The notes: a model not told the origin generated them from the sequence alone. Positions 13,560-25,927 are shown, counted from the stretch's first letter. The stretch: DNA of 64,000 nucleotides from Zancudomyces culisetae HAW-14-8 (GCA_052426225.1 JBNJNM010000021.1:1674001-1738000); one strand, 5' to 3'. Numbers and translations are program-made.

Positions 13560-14301
13560 AATAAAAAAATACTTAGGTTCTGGTACTAATAAACTCTACC
13601 AGAAAAAGATAAAAATACTTAGGTAATAAACAGTTCCTAAAAAAATAAAAACAATCTATAATCTAAACTCATCATATCCCCCTTTGACTCTCTAGAGTCT
13701 CCGTACCCGATGGGCATTGGTTCAAGGGGAGTGGGACTACACTAATATCTTTCAACACTAGGTAGCGAGGTAAAAAGGTCTCGTTAAGAAACCGGGCTGT
13801 GGAGACCACTGCTCTAACGCAAGTGGCGTTTGGATCCCGAAGAATCCCAGGTAGTTTGAGCTTTAACTCCTCCCCCAGGAGTTTACCCACGATTTTCCTG
13901 CGAAGCTCAACACACTCGGAAATCGTGCTAGATAAAAAAGAACTATAAAAATCTATAAATTCAGTAAGTAAATCCTTCCTAATTTCGTCCCATCTACTGC
14001 AATCTAATAAGTAATGCTCAACTGTTTCTTTTTCTTCTTTCTTACAGAACGGACATTTGGCTTTGTAATCTGGATCTATAAAACCCGAATTTGCTAATCT
14101 CGTGGCGGTCCAAAATTGACCTATTCGAATTCGACCTACGAAAAGAATGTGTTTCATGTACTGTGGAAAAGCCGCTTGTAAGTCAACCCAATTCCTTTGT
14201 CGGCCTGCTCCAACTTCCTTTATCCACTTTGTAATATTCGACTTGTCTTTCAGCCTGTTGTTTATCTCGAGTGTCTCCTTTGTATTTCTAAACACCAGCA
14301 C
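13560..14301 (-). mobile_element. 5'-truncated non-LTR retrotransposon (LINE) remnant: C-terminal zinc-knuckle region of ORF2 plus 3' tail
   Basis: ORF 13672..14301 has RIRIG...CPFC-x8-HYLLDC..W..IR (zf-RVT-like CCHC), no RT core; short direct repeat AAAAATACTTAGGT twice in the 3' tail. Boundaries approximate. Confidence 0.75.
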
Positions 14302-14506
14302 GATTGCTGATCAAGTTAACAATACTGTAACATAGTTTAAACATTTATTTATTTGTTTATTTTTTCACAAAAATAAATAAAACAAGACATACTAATATCA
14401 TAAAAGAGAAGACAGATCAAAAATGTTAATGACTAAAAAAAAAATAAAGTCAAAACATATTGAAAAAACAGACAGAAAAAAAAGGGGGAAAAGAAAATGA
14501 AATGAT

Positions 14507-15115
14507 TTATCGGTTGGATTTGGCTACACGTTCGAGTTCGTCCTTCTTCTTGATGGCATAAGAGTTGGAGGATCCCTTGGCAGCGTTTATAAGTTCATCA
14601 GCCAAGCATTCAGCAATGGTCTTGACGTTACGGAAAGCGGCTTCACGGGCACCGGTGGTGAGAAGGGCAATAGCCTGGTTGACACGTCGGAGAGGTGAGA
14701 CGTCAACAGCTTGACGACGGACAGTACCGGCGGATCCAATACGGGTGGAGTCTTCGCGAGGACCAGTGTTGGTGATGGCATCAACGGTGATTTGGATTGG
14801 GTTCATGTCAGTAAGCAAGTGAATGATTTCAAAAGCGTGTTTGATGATTCTGACAGCCATGGTCTTCTTTCCGTTGTTGCGACCGTGCATCATGAGTGAG
14901 TTGGTCAAACGTTCGACAATTGGGCATTGTGACTTGCGGAACTTCTTGCTGGCGTATCTGCCGGCAGAGTGTGGGAGGTATACAGGTGCACTAATTTGCA
15001 AGTAGTCGGTGAGAGAGATATCTTTGATCTCAACTTCGGTGTATGACCATTTGTTGAAGAGTCTAATTTCGGTGGACTCTGAGCGAGCCTCGGCTGGTAG
15101 TACTGATACTGACAT
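14507..15115 (-). CDS. RPS5: 40S ribosomal protein S5 (uS7)
   Basis: Near-invariant eukaryotic uS7 sequence ([21 protein letters not shown]...[14 protein letters not shown]), strongly biased codons. Confidence 0.98.
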   Translation of the reverse strand: MSVSVLPAEARSESTEIRLFNKWSYTEVEIKDISLTDYLQISAPVYLPHSAGRYASKKFRKSQCPIVERLTNSLMMHGRNNGKKTMAVRIIKHAFEIIHLLTDMNPIQITVDAITNTGPREDSTRIGSAGTVRRQAVDVSPLRRVNQAIALLTTGAREAAFRNVKTIAECLADELINAAKGSSNSYAIKKKDELERVAKSNR

Positions 15116-16609
15116 TTTTTCGTTTTTTATTCGTATGATACCTTTATTCTCCCTGTTGATCTATCTAGTAGAATATAATAAAAAGGGGGTAATATTTTGT
15201 TAGTTCAGGTACTATAATGTTTCAAATTATAAATTCAAGTTTACAGTATTTGTATACAAAAATATGACTAGGAAATATTAAACGGGATACTTCTTTCTTT
15301 AATTAAAGTAGAGAAAAAAGAATTTAGCCAAACCCTTCGCACCAAACTAAAAATGAGTAACATTGGTTTTACAGAATTTTTACAAATCACATTCAAAATA
15401 ACAACACTCCCAATTGATTTTTAAAAAAGGGGGGATACACACAAAGTTCACCGTGTGTAAAAAAGATGTATCAAAGGGTTTTGCGTATAAAATTGAATCC
15501 ACAAAAAAGGTAAAACCATTCCCACCCGACAAAATTAATCTTGTTGATAGATATATCCCGATAGCTTAAAACAAACACACGTTACAAAAGTTGAGAACCA
15601 ATGTGTTGTGTTATCGGAGATATCGTTAGCGTTAATACACACGTTTGGTGTTGTCTAGTCGTCCTACGTGGGTTGCTTTATTTCCTTAACGTATTCTTGT
15701 AGTGGTTGCAAGATAATAAATTTAGTCGAATCCATAATGTAATTAATCCATTCAAATATTTTCTTTTATAGTTTAGTTTTAATTTGTATCTTTAAAACGT
15801 AATCCCACCTCTCCTAGTTATATTTTCCTAACCTTCTAATTCCCCTCACATACAGTATTTGGTTTCTGTAACGAGTATAAATACAAAAGTATATTATATG
15901 AATGAGTGTATATTTACCTATTGTTAACAAGACGCCCCGGTAAACAGTATATAGTATATCAAAACAGATTACCCGTTTTTTTTTTGTCTTTATTCTATTG
16001 ATAACAATAAATAATGAACAAAACTTTTTTTTTTTGAATTTCTCGCCCTTCAGATTCAACTGAAAAAAAAAATCAGTTTTAGTTTTTTTTTTATTTGATG
16101 TTTTTTTAGTGGTAGTGGGATACTAAAAATTTTTTTTACATTGTCTCATTGGCCAAATAAATAATTTGGCTTTGTGAGTTTACTACTTTTATTTATTTTT
16201 ATTACTTTGTGGTTTCTACTTTTTGCTTTTCTCTTTCTCCTTTTTTGCTCAATTGAATATGTGATGGAATAAAATTCGCTCTATAATAATTGAGCTGTTT
16301 CTAAATATTAAAGTTAAAAGTATGGTTAATTAAAATACAATCCCATTCGCCAAATTTACCAATATCATTAAAGACCAAAATAAACCAAAATAAAGTAAAA
16401 TAAAGCAGTCAATTCATTTCTGTTTTGGAATATATACCATTTACAAACAAAATACATTTATAAAACCCTCACCCTTTTTACTCGATAATACACTGGTTAA
16501 ATTTAAAAGTAAGGAGTGCTTGGAGAGCATTAAATAGTAAAAAATAAAAAGGAAAAAAAGAAAAGAAAAGAAGATAGAAAAAAAATTGAAACTTGTAAAT
16601 TCATAAAGA

Positions 16610-17333
16610 ATGACAACAGTTCAGACAGATAATGGCAACTCTACCGAGTCGTTAGTACACAACACACCGAATACTCGTCAAGTTGCAGAATATATTAGAA
16701 AAAACTTGCTAATACCAACAATCGAGTCTGCAAGCAAGCAGTTTGAACAGTACTTATCGGGCCAACCTATTGGAATAACATCAACAACATCAACAGCATC
16801 AAATAATAATACTAGTAATACTAATACTAATACTACGACTGGTGGTGATAGTAGTGATGGCGGAAAAGAAAATAAACAAATGAAGAATAGTCTACCCACC
16901 GAAATCTCAAACAGGGTCCTCGAGTTAATAAAAGGTTGGTTCTTTTTTGTTTTGTTTTTTGGCACTGGTGTTGGTGTTGGTGTTGGTGTTGGTGCTATTA
17001 TATATTAATATTTTCAAAGAACTACGGGGGTGATTAAAAAAAAAAGTCGACAAACATAGAAAAGAATGTGTTAAGAGAATACAAACTGTTGGTTACAACA
17101 GAGATAGGTGAAAGTAAACAGGCAGGCAAAAGGTAGGTTGGTTTAAATAAAACAGTGTAAGAATTTGATAAAGGGAAGGAATTATATAGGAGGATACTGT
17201 GTAACTGAATAGGATGGCGACAAAATGTTACTGGGACAATGAGAGGGATCTGATGGTGCAGTACAAACAATTCATGGGGGATAATATATATTGTATAATA
17301 GTAGTATTTGGAATAAAAAGAGTAGATAGTTAG
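16610..17333 (+). CDS. Tctex-1 family dynein light chain, TCTEX1D2/DYNLT2B-like, 3 exons
   Basis: join(16610..16934,17060..17132,17213..17333), GT-AG, in frame. Yields EISNRVLELIKE...REYKLLVTTEIGESKQAGKRMATKCYWDNERD...FMGDNIYCIIVVFGI, the Tctex-1 domain pattern. Only exon 1 is in the ORF track. Confidence 0.78.
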
Positions 17334-17369
17334 AAATAAAAAGATCTAAAAGAATATACACAAGGGGGA

Positions 17370-19787
17370 TTAATCAAAGTTGAAAAGTTTTTCAAGTTCT
17401 TTGTCCATGTTTTCGTCGTAAACAGGCCAGTCGTTGAAAGAAGGGTAGAGGGAAGGGTTGGTGGATGTGAGCAATAGTAGATTGCTGAGGTCAGATAGAT
17501 CGGTTGGAGGTGCAGGGGGGATTGAGTATGGAATGAAGTTGGGGTTGAGGCTGAGGTTAAGGTTTGGGTTGGAGTTAAGATTTGGGTTGGGGTTAGGGTT
17601 GGGGTTTGAAATTTGAGGATGGAGTTGGTTTTGGATATGATTGGAGTTGAAGGAGATAGAGTTGGAAGGATCAAGAGAGGGTTGGGAGAGCAGGTTGAGA
17701 TTTAGAGAGGGAAAATCGGGGTTGAAAATGGAGGAAAGAGGGGGGTTTAGGGGGTGGGAGGAGGAAAGAGAGAGAGAGTTTGGAATGGCAGAGAGGTCGA
17801 TGGGGTGGGGCGTGGCAAGGGCAGAGAGGTTGATAGGTTTGGAAGAGGAGGGCTTTTGGGCGGGTGAGAAGGCGGAGATTGGGGCGACAGAGGGCATTTG
17901 GAGGGATAGAGGGTTGATTGGTTTTGAAGAGGGAGTAAAAGAAAGAGGAGGATCGTTGTTGTTGTTGTTTTCGTGGTCAGACATGTCGTCGTGAGGCAGA
18001 GTGATGGTTGAGGACGAGCCGTGTTCCTTTGGGGAGAGGCAGATAGGAGCCGCAAAGGGACTGGTGGAGATTCGGGAAAACGATGCAGAGGGTTTGCGGG
18101 ACAGCTGGGAGGGAGGAGGCTTTGCAACAAGGGAGTTTTCGGGCAGCTGGGAGAGGTCGGTATGTAGCAAAACATCAGGTGAATAGGTCGAGGCATAGCA
18201 CGAAACAGTTGGAGTCAGACACTTTTGTGGAAAGGCAACGGCTTCAGCTGGATACATTGAAGGCTCAGAGTTCAACGCACCTTTGATGCCGGCGTGAGGC
18301 ACAGTGACACTGCGCAGCTTGGACGGACCGCATGCAGGCAGGGGCAGGCCTACAAAGTCGACGGGCTTGGCAGTAGACTTGGACGGCAGGCCCAGGCGAG
18401 GAGGCACAGGTTTTGGCTGGTGAGAGCCAGAGTCGCTGAGTGCGTATATGTTGAGCATGCTGCTTTGGCGGTGAAAGTTGTTGAGTTCAGAGCCTTCGGA
18501 TAGCGACATGGTGCCGTCCGAGCTAACCATTGGCGCCCTGAGTTTGTCGACCTTTTTGTTTTTGGCAGTGACTTTGACGGTTGGTTTTCTCTTTGGCTTT
18601 GTCTTTAGCTGGCTGCCGCTGCCTATGCCTATGCCTATGCCTACGCTGCTTGTTGATTCGCTTTTCTCAACATCTGGCTGTGAATACAACATTGCCTCAA
18701 GTCGAGACGAACATTTTTGTTCGTGTGACTGTTTTTTTGTCTGTGCCTTGAATCTCTTACCACAGTATCGACAACTATCGCCACTCTCTCTCTTCATTTC
18801 GCTCGCTCGCTCCTTCCCCACCTGTCGATTTACTCGCCGCCCATCGCTTGTCCACATCGTGTAGATTTTGTCTGCTTTATCTTCGCTCGCCATTCGCACC
18901 GCTCTCTCAATCCCTCTCTCCATCTCTTCATCCATTATCCCTCCAGTTTCCACCTCACTATTTTCCTCTGACCCTTTTCCCACTCCTTGTACTTCAATCG
19001 ATGCTCGTTGATATGCTTGTGCCACCAAATCCGCAAACGCATTCCTCACCCGCCTGTTCATTCCTATTCTCTGCCTCTCCTCTACCTCCTCTGCTCCCTT
19101 CTCGCTCTGCGGCTCCTGTCGTAGCTGTGAAAAATCAAGCGGCTTAAGATTACGCCGGGGCAGCCGCGGAACCACCCCCTTCAAACTCTTTTCCTTTCGC
19201 TCTATCTCGCCTACATATTCTGAATTGCTCTTTATCAGTGGGTGTGCCGGAATCTTGTTTTTCTTTTCTCCTCCCTCTATCATCTTCATAATATCCTTCA
19301 AACTATTGTTACTCAAAAGCTCCTCTATCTTGCCACTTTGAAACTCTGCCTTCTCTTTCCGTAGATCTTCTTCAATCTTCCCATTGCTCCGCATGTTGCT
19401 GCTTATCACCACTTCTGCATTACCTTTTGCCATCTTTTGTTTCTTTGTTACTGGCCCACTTCTCTCACTTCCCTTCATCGCCCCTTGTTCTTCTTCACTA
19501 TATATTCCTAAACTATACAATATCCTCTCACTCTCCCCCACCGCCTCCATTTCACTCCTCTCCGTCTTTCCCTGTGAGTTCATCATCTCCATAAACATCC
19601 CCATTATATTACTCTTATTGTCCTCTCCCTCATCCTCCGCTCGTGGAAATGCTCCCATCTCTCCAACTCCCAGCTGTACCTCCTTCTTGTCTCTTTCTAC
19701 CTCTCCCATTTTTCCTCTTTTCTTTACTTCTCTACCTCTTTTTGCTCCCCCGACTATTGCTCCCACACTTTTCTTCGCCTTTAGCAT
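17370..19787 (-). CDS. Hypothetical low-complexity protein with a single C2HC/C2H2-like zinc finger (possible transcription regulator)
   Basis: 805-aa open frame; CRYCGKRF...SHEQKC; E/K/G-rich N-half, P/S/N-rich C-half ending in an acidic-aromatic tail. The frame extends to a possible acceptor at ~19833, so upstream exons may exist. Confidence 0.65.
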   Translation of the reverse strand: MLKAKKSVGAIVGGAKRGREVKKRGKMGEVERDKKEVQLGVGEMGAFPRAEDEGEDNKSNIMGMFMEMMNSQGKTERSEMEAVGESERILYSLGIYSEEEQGAMKGSERSGPVTKKQKMAKGNAEVVISSNMRSNGKIEEDLRKEKAEFQSGKIEELLSNNSLKDIMKMIEGGEKKNKIPAHPLIKSNSEYVGEIERKEKSLKGVVPRLPRRNLKPLDFSQLRQEPQSEKGAEEVEERQRIGMNRRVRNAFADLVAQAYQRASIEVQGVGKGSEENSEVETGGIMDEEMERGIERAVRMASEDKADKIYTMWTSDGRRVNRQVGKERASEMKRESGDSCRYCGKRFKAQTKKQSHEQKCSSRLEAMLYSQPDVEKSESTSSVGIGIGIGSGSQLKTKPKRKPTVKVTAKNKKVDKLRAPMVSSDGTMSLSEGSELNNFHRQSSMLNIYALSDSGSHQPKPVPPRLGLPSKSTAKPVDFVGLPLPACGPSKLRSVTVPHAGIKGALNSEPSMYPAEAVAFPQKCLTPTVSCYASTYSPDVLLHTDLSQLPENSLVAKPPPSQLSRKPSASFSRISTSPFAAPICLSPKEHGSSSTITLPHDDMSDHENNNNNDPPLSFTPSSKPINPLSLQMPSVAPISAFSPAQKPSSSKPINLSALATPHPIDLSAIPNSLSLSSSHPLNPPLSSIFNPDFPSLNLNLLSQPSLDPSNSISFNSNHIQNQLHPQISNPNPNPNPNLNSNPNLNLSLNPNFIPYSIPPAPPTDLSDLSNLLLLTSTNPSLYPSFNDWPVYDENMDKELEKLFNFD

Positions 19788-21660
19788 TTTTCTCTCTTTC
19801 TTTTTCTTCTCGTTCTGTGCAGTTCTTTTATTCTAGTTCGTCCCTTTACACTCTTATTTTATTATCTTGCCGAGGCTTAGCCCTGTTTTCTTGCTATTTA
19901 GTATTACACCTTTATCTGTTGACTACCTGAGTTCTTTCCTTTGCTGTCAGCACCTGTTGGTTTGTGTGCTCTTAATGTGTTATCCTTGCTTGTTGGTTTA
20001 TACAACTATATTATCGCTCCTAGCATCCGTTGCTACACTTTATTGCTTTGCCTGTCTTCTTTCGTAGTCGCAGGTTTTTGTACGTATATTATATTGTTTA
20101 CCCTCTTATGCCTCTATTCTTACACACTCTCCCCTTTTCTATACAATCCTTTTCTACCTTTTATTTTATTTACTACTCACCAGGAGAAAAAAAATATGAG
20201 GGTTTCTTCTGAGATTTTACTGTCTTATCTTATAGCCGATATCGTACTCTTTTTTTTTTTTGCACTTGCTACTTTATTCATGCATACACTAAATGCTATT
20301 ACTATATCCTTCTATTTGGAAAAAAAGAAAAGTATTACTCACTTTTCCCCTTTTGACTGGTTCTATTTTATTTTTTTTGGTCTTTTTTTTATAATAGCCC
20401 TTTATCCTATTTGGGTCTTTGTTTTTGTCTTTGTCTTTTTGCCTTATTCTTTATTCTGTCTTTCTAGTTTATTCCTTTTTTTTCTTTCTTTCAAAAATCT
20501 CTTTTAATCATATAGTTGTTGAGTAAGGGTCAACTATGTAATGATGCTTTACAACATTTTTTTTTTTGCTTTTGGCTACATTAATATTCTCCTTGAAGCA
20601 AAGGCAAATTAAATTTATAACACTCATATAAATGGACTATAAATGTACCACTTTGTCGTTTGTTTTTTTTTTTGATAACCCAAGAATATTTATTAGATTT
20701 ATATAATACCCTATTATTTGCCTGGCTTGCTTCCTTGTGTTTTTTATTATATTTATTTAATATAAAAACTATGGAATAAACTTACTTGAATACATGCAAA
20801 GTTTGGCAATCAAGGCAACTCGCCCCACCACAATTTGTCCATTGTGTTGACCTTGTTTGCAATAACTGGTTAGAGTGATATTTCTTTTGTTTTGTTTATT
20901 CGCCTATTGTTTACATTATTCCTATTTCCATCATTTTACAATTAGCCTGTTATTTTCTGATTGCTTGCAATTGTTTTTTTTTATCTAATAAATGCGTCCT
21001 TTTCAATTCTTTTATTCCCTTCAGCTGAATTGCAGTTTGCTACTTTTTTTAATATGCAAAGTCACAGCGCTGAAAATCAATCCGTTATTATTTTTTTCAT
21101 TTGATGTTTAATTTGTGTACTTTTATAAATATATTTCCTTTGTCAATCCTTACATTTCGATTTCTAATGTTTTTTTTCCTTTTCTTTTTTTTCTAAAAAT
21201 CTAATTTTCCTATTGAAGTCTGCCTGGTTGTGCAATTTAACATCTCACAAATACTTTTTTACTAATTATAAAACCATATTTTTTTCACTTGTATTTACAG
21301 GTATAGAAAATGAATAGAGTAATATGTTACGTGGTGGTTAGCTATGCTTCAATGATGTAACGCTCTATACAAATATCATCGCCGCTCCCTTACAAATATG
21401 TTTTTTTATTTCCCACCTTGTTACAGATTTTTATATATAGCTATTTACTCACAACCAACTAATAAAGTGCAAGCTCCTGGCTCCAACCCTAACATATACC
21501 CCTAGCCTAACCACTCCCTTAAAATGTAATACCAGCCTGAGCCTCCTTCCCTCTCAGAAAATCTTTTTATTTTTATTTTTATCTTCAGCTCCTACTCTCT
21601 TAATTTTGCAATTTTTAGATGATTGCCACAAATATTCCATATTCTGCTAAATTACATTTC

Positions 21661-21697
21661 TCTTTGATTGGTAGGGTAGCGCAAGGCCAATCAAAGA
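21661..21697. promoter_or_regulatory. Perfect 11-bp inverted repeat TCTTTGATTGG-N15-CCAATCAAAGA (paired CCAAT / HMG-box-like sites)
   Basis: Seen directly in the long intergenic region between the divergent Zn-finger and decarboxylase genes; function inferred. Confidence 0.35.
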
Positions 21698-24361
21698 TAA
21701 AAAGAAATTAAACAGGATGCAATATGCCATTATTTTGGATATTTTTTACTCTTAACTTTTTCGGCTTGAATCATGATTTTAATACCCATTTTCCAATTGC
21801 AGAATACTGCTGTATTTTCATACTTGACTCACAATCTCCTTGGGCAGCATCACCGGAAAAAAATATAGATAAATAAAAAGAAACTGGTCTTTGGAGGTTT
21901 TACTAATTATCGAACACTCTTGATGACCTCAGCTTCCCCCTCCCCCCAAAATAATAAAAAATCGCAGATTCAAACACCTCATGATATCTCACCATTTTGC
22001 TGACCAAAACAAGGAATCTCTAGAACGATAGCTGTTATCATTCTAAATTGTCATTTTTTATACCCATCGTATTCAATAAACTGAAACTTATCAAGTACTT
22101 GATGCTAAATACTTATCGTCATCAACAGTACAGAATTTAGCTCTACCAACCCTCTCTCCTATCTCATAAATTCTCGTTTGAACAACTTTATATGGACTGA
22201 TTTATTTTAAAACTTTCAACTTCAATATAACTGCATTTATTATTCCAGTATAATTTAACTATTTCAACGTAAATCTTTAGCGACATAGTTTTATAGATGT
22301 TGTAAATCGCATAATAAAACAACTGCTGAAAAGAGCATGTAAAATCCCTTAAGTGCCTATAAACTGCAACTCAGAATACATTTGTTTGCATATATCGTAA
22401 TGGGAAAAAATTCTTAGAAATAATAAATGACTTTTCTCTAATCACTTTTTTACATTGTATCCATATGCCGTCATTTCTATTTTTTCATGATACAAAAATG
22501 GATATTAGATTGATTTCTGTTCAATAAGCTAAAATAATTCTCAGCAAAAGAAAAAAAATTTCCCCCTCCCCCATAAATTATCAAATCAATTACCAAAAAG
22601 CTCAAAATTACATTTTTCCATATTCTAACTGTGTACCTCTCCATTGATTATAATTATTCTAGACGGGCTTTGGTATATCACACATCAAATATTGAAAAAA
22701 TTTAAATCACGATTCTCCAACACGTGAGCTGTGTAATGTATCCATATACTATCATCATAGCTGCACCCACAACCCATCCCTTTTTTTACTACTCTCCCTC
22801 ACCGACAAATACTAAATAAATAAACAGATTAATTATGGAATGATAAAGCCTCGTCATAAAAATCCGATCTTACAATTTACCAAAACCATGGTCCTCTTTA
22901 TGCTGGATTATTCAAACCACCAAGTTAACTTTTGAGTTTGAATGTAGATTTTTTCCAAGATTACATATATTTACAGATATACATGATATACATGATATAT
23001 ATCTTTATAAAATCGGCTATACGTTATCAAAAGAATTTTCCTGCATTCCATTATCACAGTGTTAAAAACTACGCTGTCTCGCAACTAGTAAAACGATTAA
23101 AGGTATCCAAAACGTACAGCTATTTTACAGCCTTTCAGTATATTCGCTTGATTGGCTGAATCTGCGTGTTTCAACTCATAAAAAGCTAAATATAACAATA
23201 TATAATGAGTATAAGGCAAGATTGGTCTCTATCTTGCCCCCCCCCCCAATTCTCCATTTTTATAATCAAAATTTTAGCACAAAGTGTTGGTTGATGGGAG
23301 TGGCATACACATTTTCATTTTTATTAGTCCCTGGAATAGTATTGTTTATTTAAAAATGCGTCAAAGAAGCTTGGCCTGAGTCCTTAAAGCATTCAAAGCA
23401 AAAAAAAATTTTGATTGTCAAGGGGTTCACAGTTTGAGGTTACTTGCTGACAAAGCAATTTAAAATTAAGCAGTAAATAGTTTGAGTGGGATATTTCTCC
23501 GATTAGAGTACAATATACGTCTAAACTGGTTGCACCTTACATCAAGCTGAGGGCGCCAAGATCGATTATCAAAATTTTAACACCAAAAATCTTTGAGTCT
23601 ACCCCCTCATATCGACCTAAAAAACAAACATAATACATCAAGAAGTTCAGGCACTATCCATTGATCAAATATACATTTATAGGTGTATCAAGAGTTGGTG
23701 AGCAATAATGTACTTGAAATTAGACCTGTCAATACTGCTTTTTTTTTTTGAAATTGTTGTTTTCTTACCCAAATATACAGAAAAAACAGCAGAGATAATA
23801 AAACGCGCTATAATAGGGTTGAATGGATTTTTATATAATATGATCACATATTCAAAAGTAAAGTGTTGTTGGTGCTAATTAATGTTGATACTTGTGAGAT
23901 ATCTTGATAAAATCAACTTGTGTAGCATCAGCTCTCATTGTAAACAACTACATGAGCAACTGTTCATATCGAAAAGTAGTAAAATAAAAAAAAATAGGAA
24001 GTTTGTTCAAAGGTCGGGGAAATATTTATTTAAACGCAAAAGTACATAAGACCAGAGTATTGGCGATTTGGTTACACACACTTAATAAGCCCTTGTTGAT
24101 ATGCGTGTTTTAAACCAAATACTAGAATGGTCATTCATAAAGCGAAAACCCGGAAACAAAAGAAAAACACCCCTAATTACTAAAATAAAATAAAATAAAA
24201 AGCATTTCTTACATATTTATATTTTCAATTATACTCCAAAGAGAACCAGGATTTGTGGAAACACTGCAGGTCAGCTTTTGTTGCGATATCAAGAGAAATA
24301 GATAGGAAGTTTTAAACTCAATACATTAAACTAAAGCACACACAAAAGAAGAAAAAAAGAA

Positions 24362-25927
24362 ATGACTGTCGAAGGAGATATCCCAAGATTGGGTTTGACT
24401 TCAGAGGAGTTTAGACAAAAAGGAAAAGAGATTATTGACTTTATCGCTGACTACTATGACAACCTGAACCAAGTACAACCACTGTCCCAAGTAAAACCAA
24501 ATTTTCTGTACGACCTGCTCCCCAAGGAAGCACCAGAAGATCCAGAGTCGTTTGACCAAGTAATGGCTGATTTCAACTCCAAGATTATGCCAGGAATTAC
24601 GCACTGGCAATCTGGTAACTTTTATGGCTACTACCCAGCCAATTCAACATATCCTGGTATTCTGGGTGAAATGCTTAGTGCAATGGCAACAGGCGTAGGA
24701 TTTAGCTGGATAAACATGCCATCATTGACAGAGCTGGAAACTATCACTCTGGATTGGGTTGGAAAGCTGTTGGGGTTGGAACAAGGCTTCTTGTCATTCA
24801 AACCTGATGGTACCGCAGGTGAAGGTGGTGGTGTAATCCAAGGAACAGCAAGTGAAGCAATCATAGTAGCGATGCTTGCCGCACGCAACAAGAAGGTTCA
24901 AGAATACATTGAAGAACATCCAAACCACACCGAAGAGGATCTTGTATTATTCAAATCCAAATTGGTTGCGTATGGCTCTGACCAAACACACTCATCTGGT
25001 GAAAAGGCATCAATAGTCATAGAATGCAACTTCAAGGGAGTTAAAACTGATGGTAGCAAAAGACTGACCAAAGAAAGTTTATCCAAAGCTATTGAAGAGG
25101 ATAAGGCAAAAGGCCTGATTCCATTCTTTGTAGTAGCAACATTTGGAACCACTGCAACAGCCGCAATTGATGATTTCCCAGGAATAGCTGAAGTAGCAGA
25201 AAAGGAAGAGTTGTGGTACCACGTTGATGGAGCATACGCAGCAGCCGCTTTGGTTTGTCCAGAATTTAGACCCGTGATAGACGGATACCAAACTGCTGAT
25301 TCGTTCAACTTTAATCCACACAAATGGCTTCTGACAAATTTCGACGTTTCTGCACTATATGTCAAAAAATCAAGCTACATCACATCTGCACTCACAATCC
25401 ATCGTGATTATTATCGAAACAAGGCTACATCCTCAGGATTGGTTCGTGACTACAAGGATTGGCAAATTCCACTGGGTCGTAGATTTAGAGCGCTTAAGTT
25501 GTGGATGGTGTTGAGAACATTTGGTGCTCGTGGGCTCCGAAACCATATCAGACGCACAGTTGGCTACGCAAAATGGCTCGAATCACAACTGAAAGCAGAT
25601 GGACGTTTCAAGGTTGTATGTCCAGTAGATTTCTCACTCCTCATTGTTCAAATAAACAAACAAACTATTGCAGACAAGTTGGGAGTTACAGACATTGATT
25701 CTGAACATGTCCACAGTGTGTTTGTAAAAGCTAATGCTGCTTTACATGCCAGAATTCTTGAACAGAACACAGTCTTTATTACAACATGCGACCTTGACGG
25801 AGTCACATCAATCCACATTGCAATTGGAGCACCACTATCAGACGAAGGCACCATGAGTGTTTTGCTTGACACACTCGTATCCAACTTGGAATTGGTCCTT
25901 GCGGATCCAAAGGTAATGAGCGCTTAA
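24362..25927 (+). CDS. Aromatic L-amino acid decarboxylase (group II PLP decarboxylase)
   Basis: 521 aa; MPGITHWQS, GGGVIQGTASEA, DQTHSS, HVDGAYA, FNFNPHKWL (PLP Lys), DYKDWQIPLGRRFRALKLW. Confidence 0.95.
   Translation: MTVEGDIPRLGLTSEEFRQKGKEIIDFIADYYDNLNQVQPLSQVKPNFLYDLLPKEAPEDPESFDQVMADFNSKIMPGITHWQSGNFYGYYPANSTYPGILGEMLSAMATGVGFSWINMPSLTELETITLDWVGKLLGLEQGFLSFKPDGTAGEGGGVIQGTASEAIIVAMLAARNKKVQEYIEEHPNHTEEDLVLFKSKLVAYGSDQTHSSGEKASIVIECNFKGVKTDGSKRLTKESLSKAIEEDKAKGLIPFFVVATFGTTATAAIDDFPGIAEVAEKEELWYHVDGAYAAAALVCPEFRPVIDGYQTADSFNFNPHKWLLTNFDVSALYVKKSSYITSALTIHRDYYRNKATSSGLVRDYKDWQIPLGRRFRALKLWMVLRTFGARGLRNHIRRTVGYAKWLESQLKADGRFKVVCPVDFSLLIVQINKQTIADKLGVTDIDSEHVHSVFVKANAALHARILEQNTVFITTCDLDGVTSIHIAIGAPLSDEGTMSVLLDTLVSNLELVLADPKVMSA

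Noticed and set aside
17540-17610. Telomere-like TTAGGG/TTGGGG repeats
   Set aside because: Only one exact TTAGGG; the tract encodes Asn-Pro repeats inside a long ORF.
19384-20507. Plus-strand hydrophobic Phe/Leu-rich ORFs
   Set aside because: Products of T/C-rich sequence antisense to, or upstream of, the Zn-finger gene.
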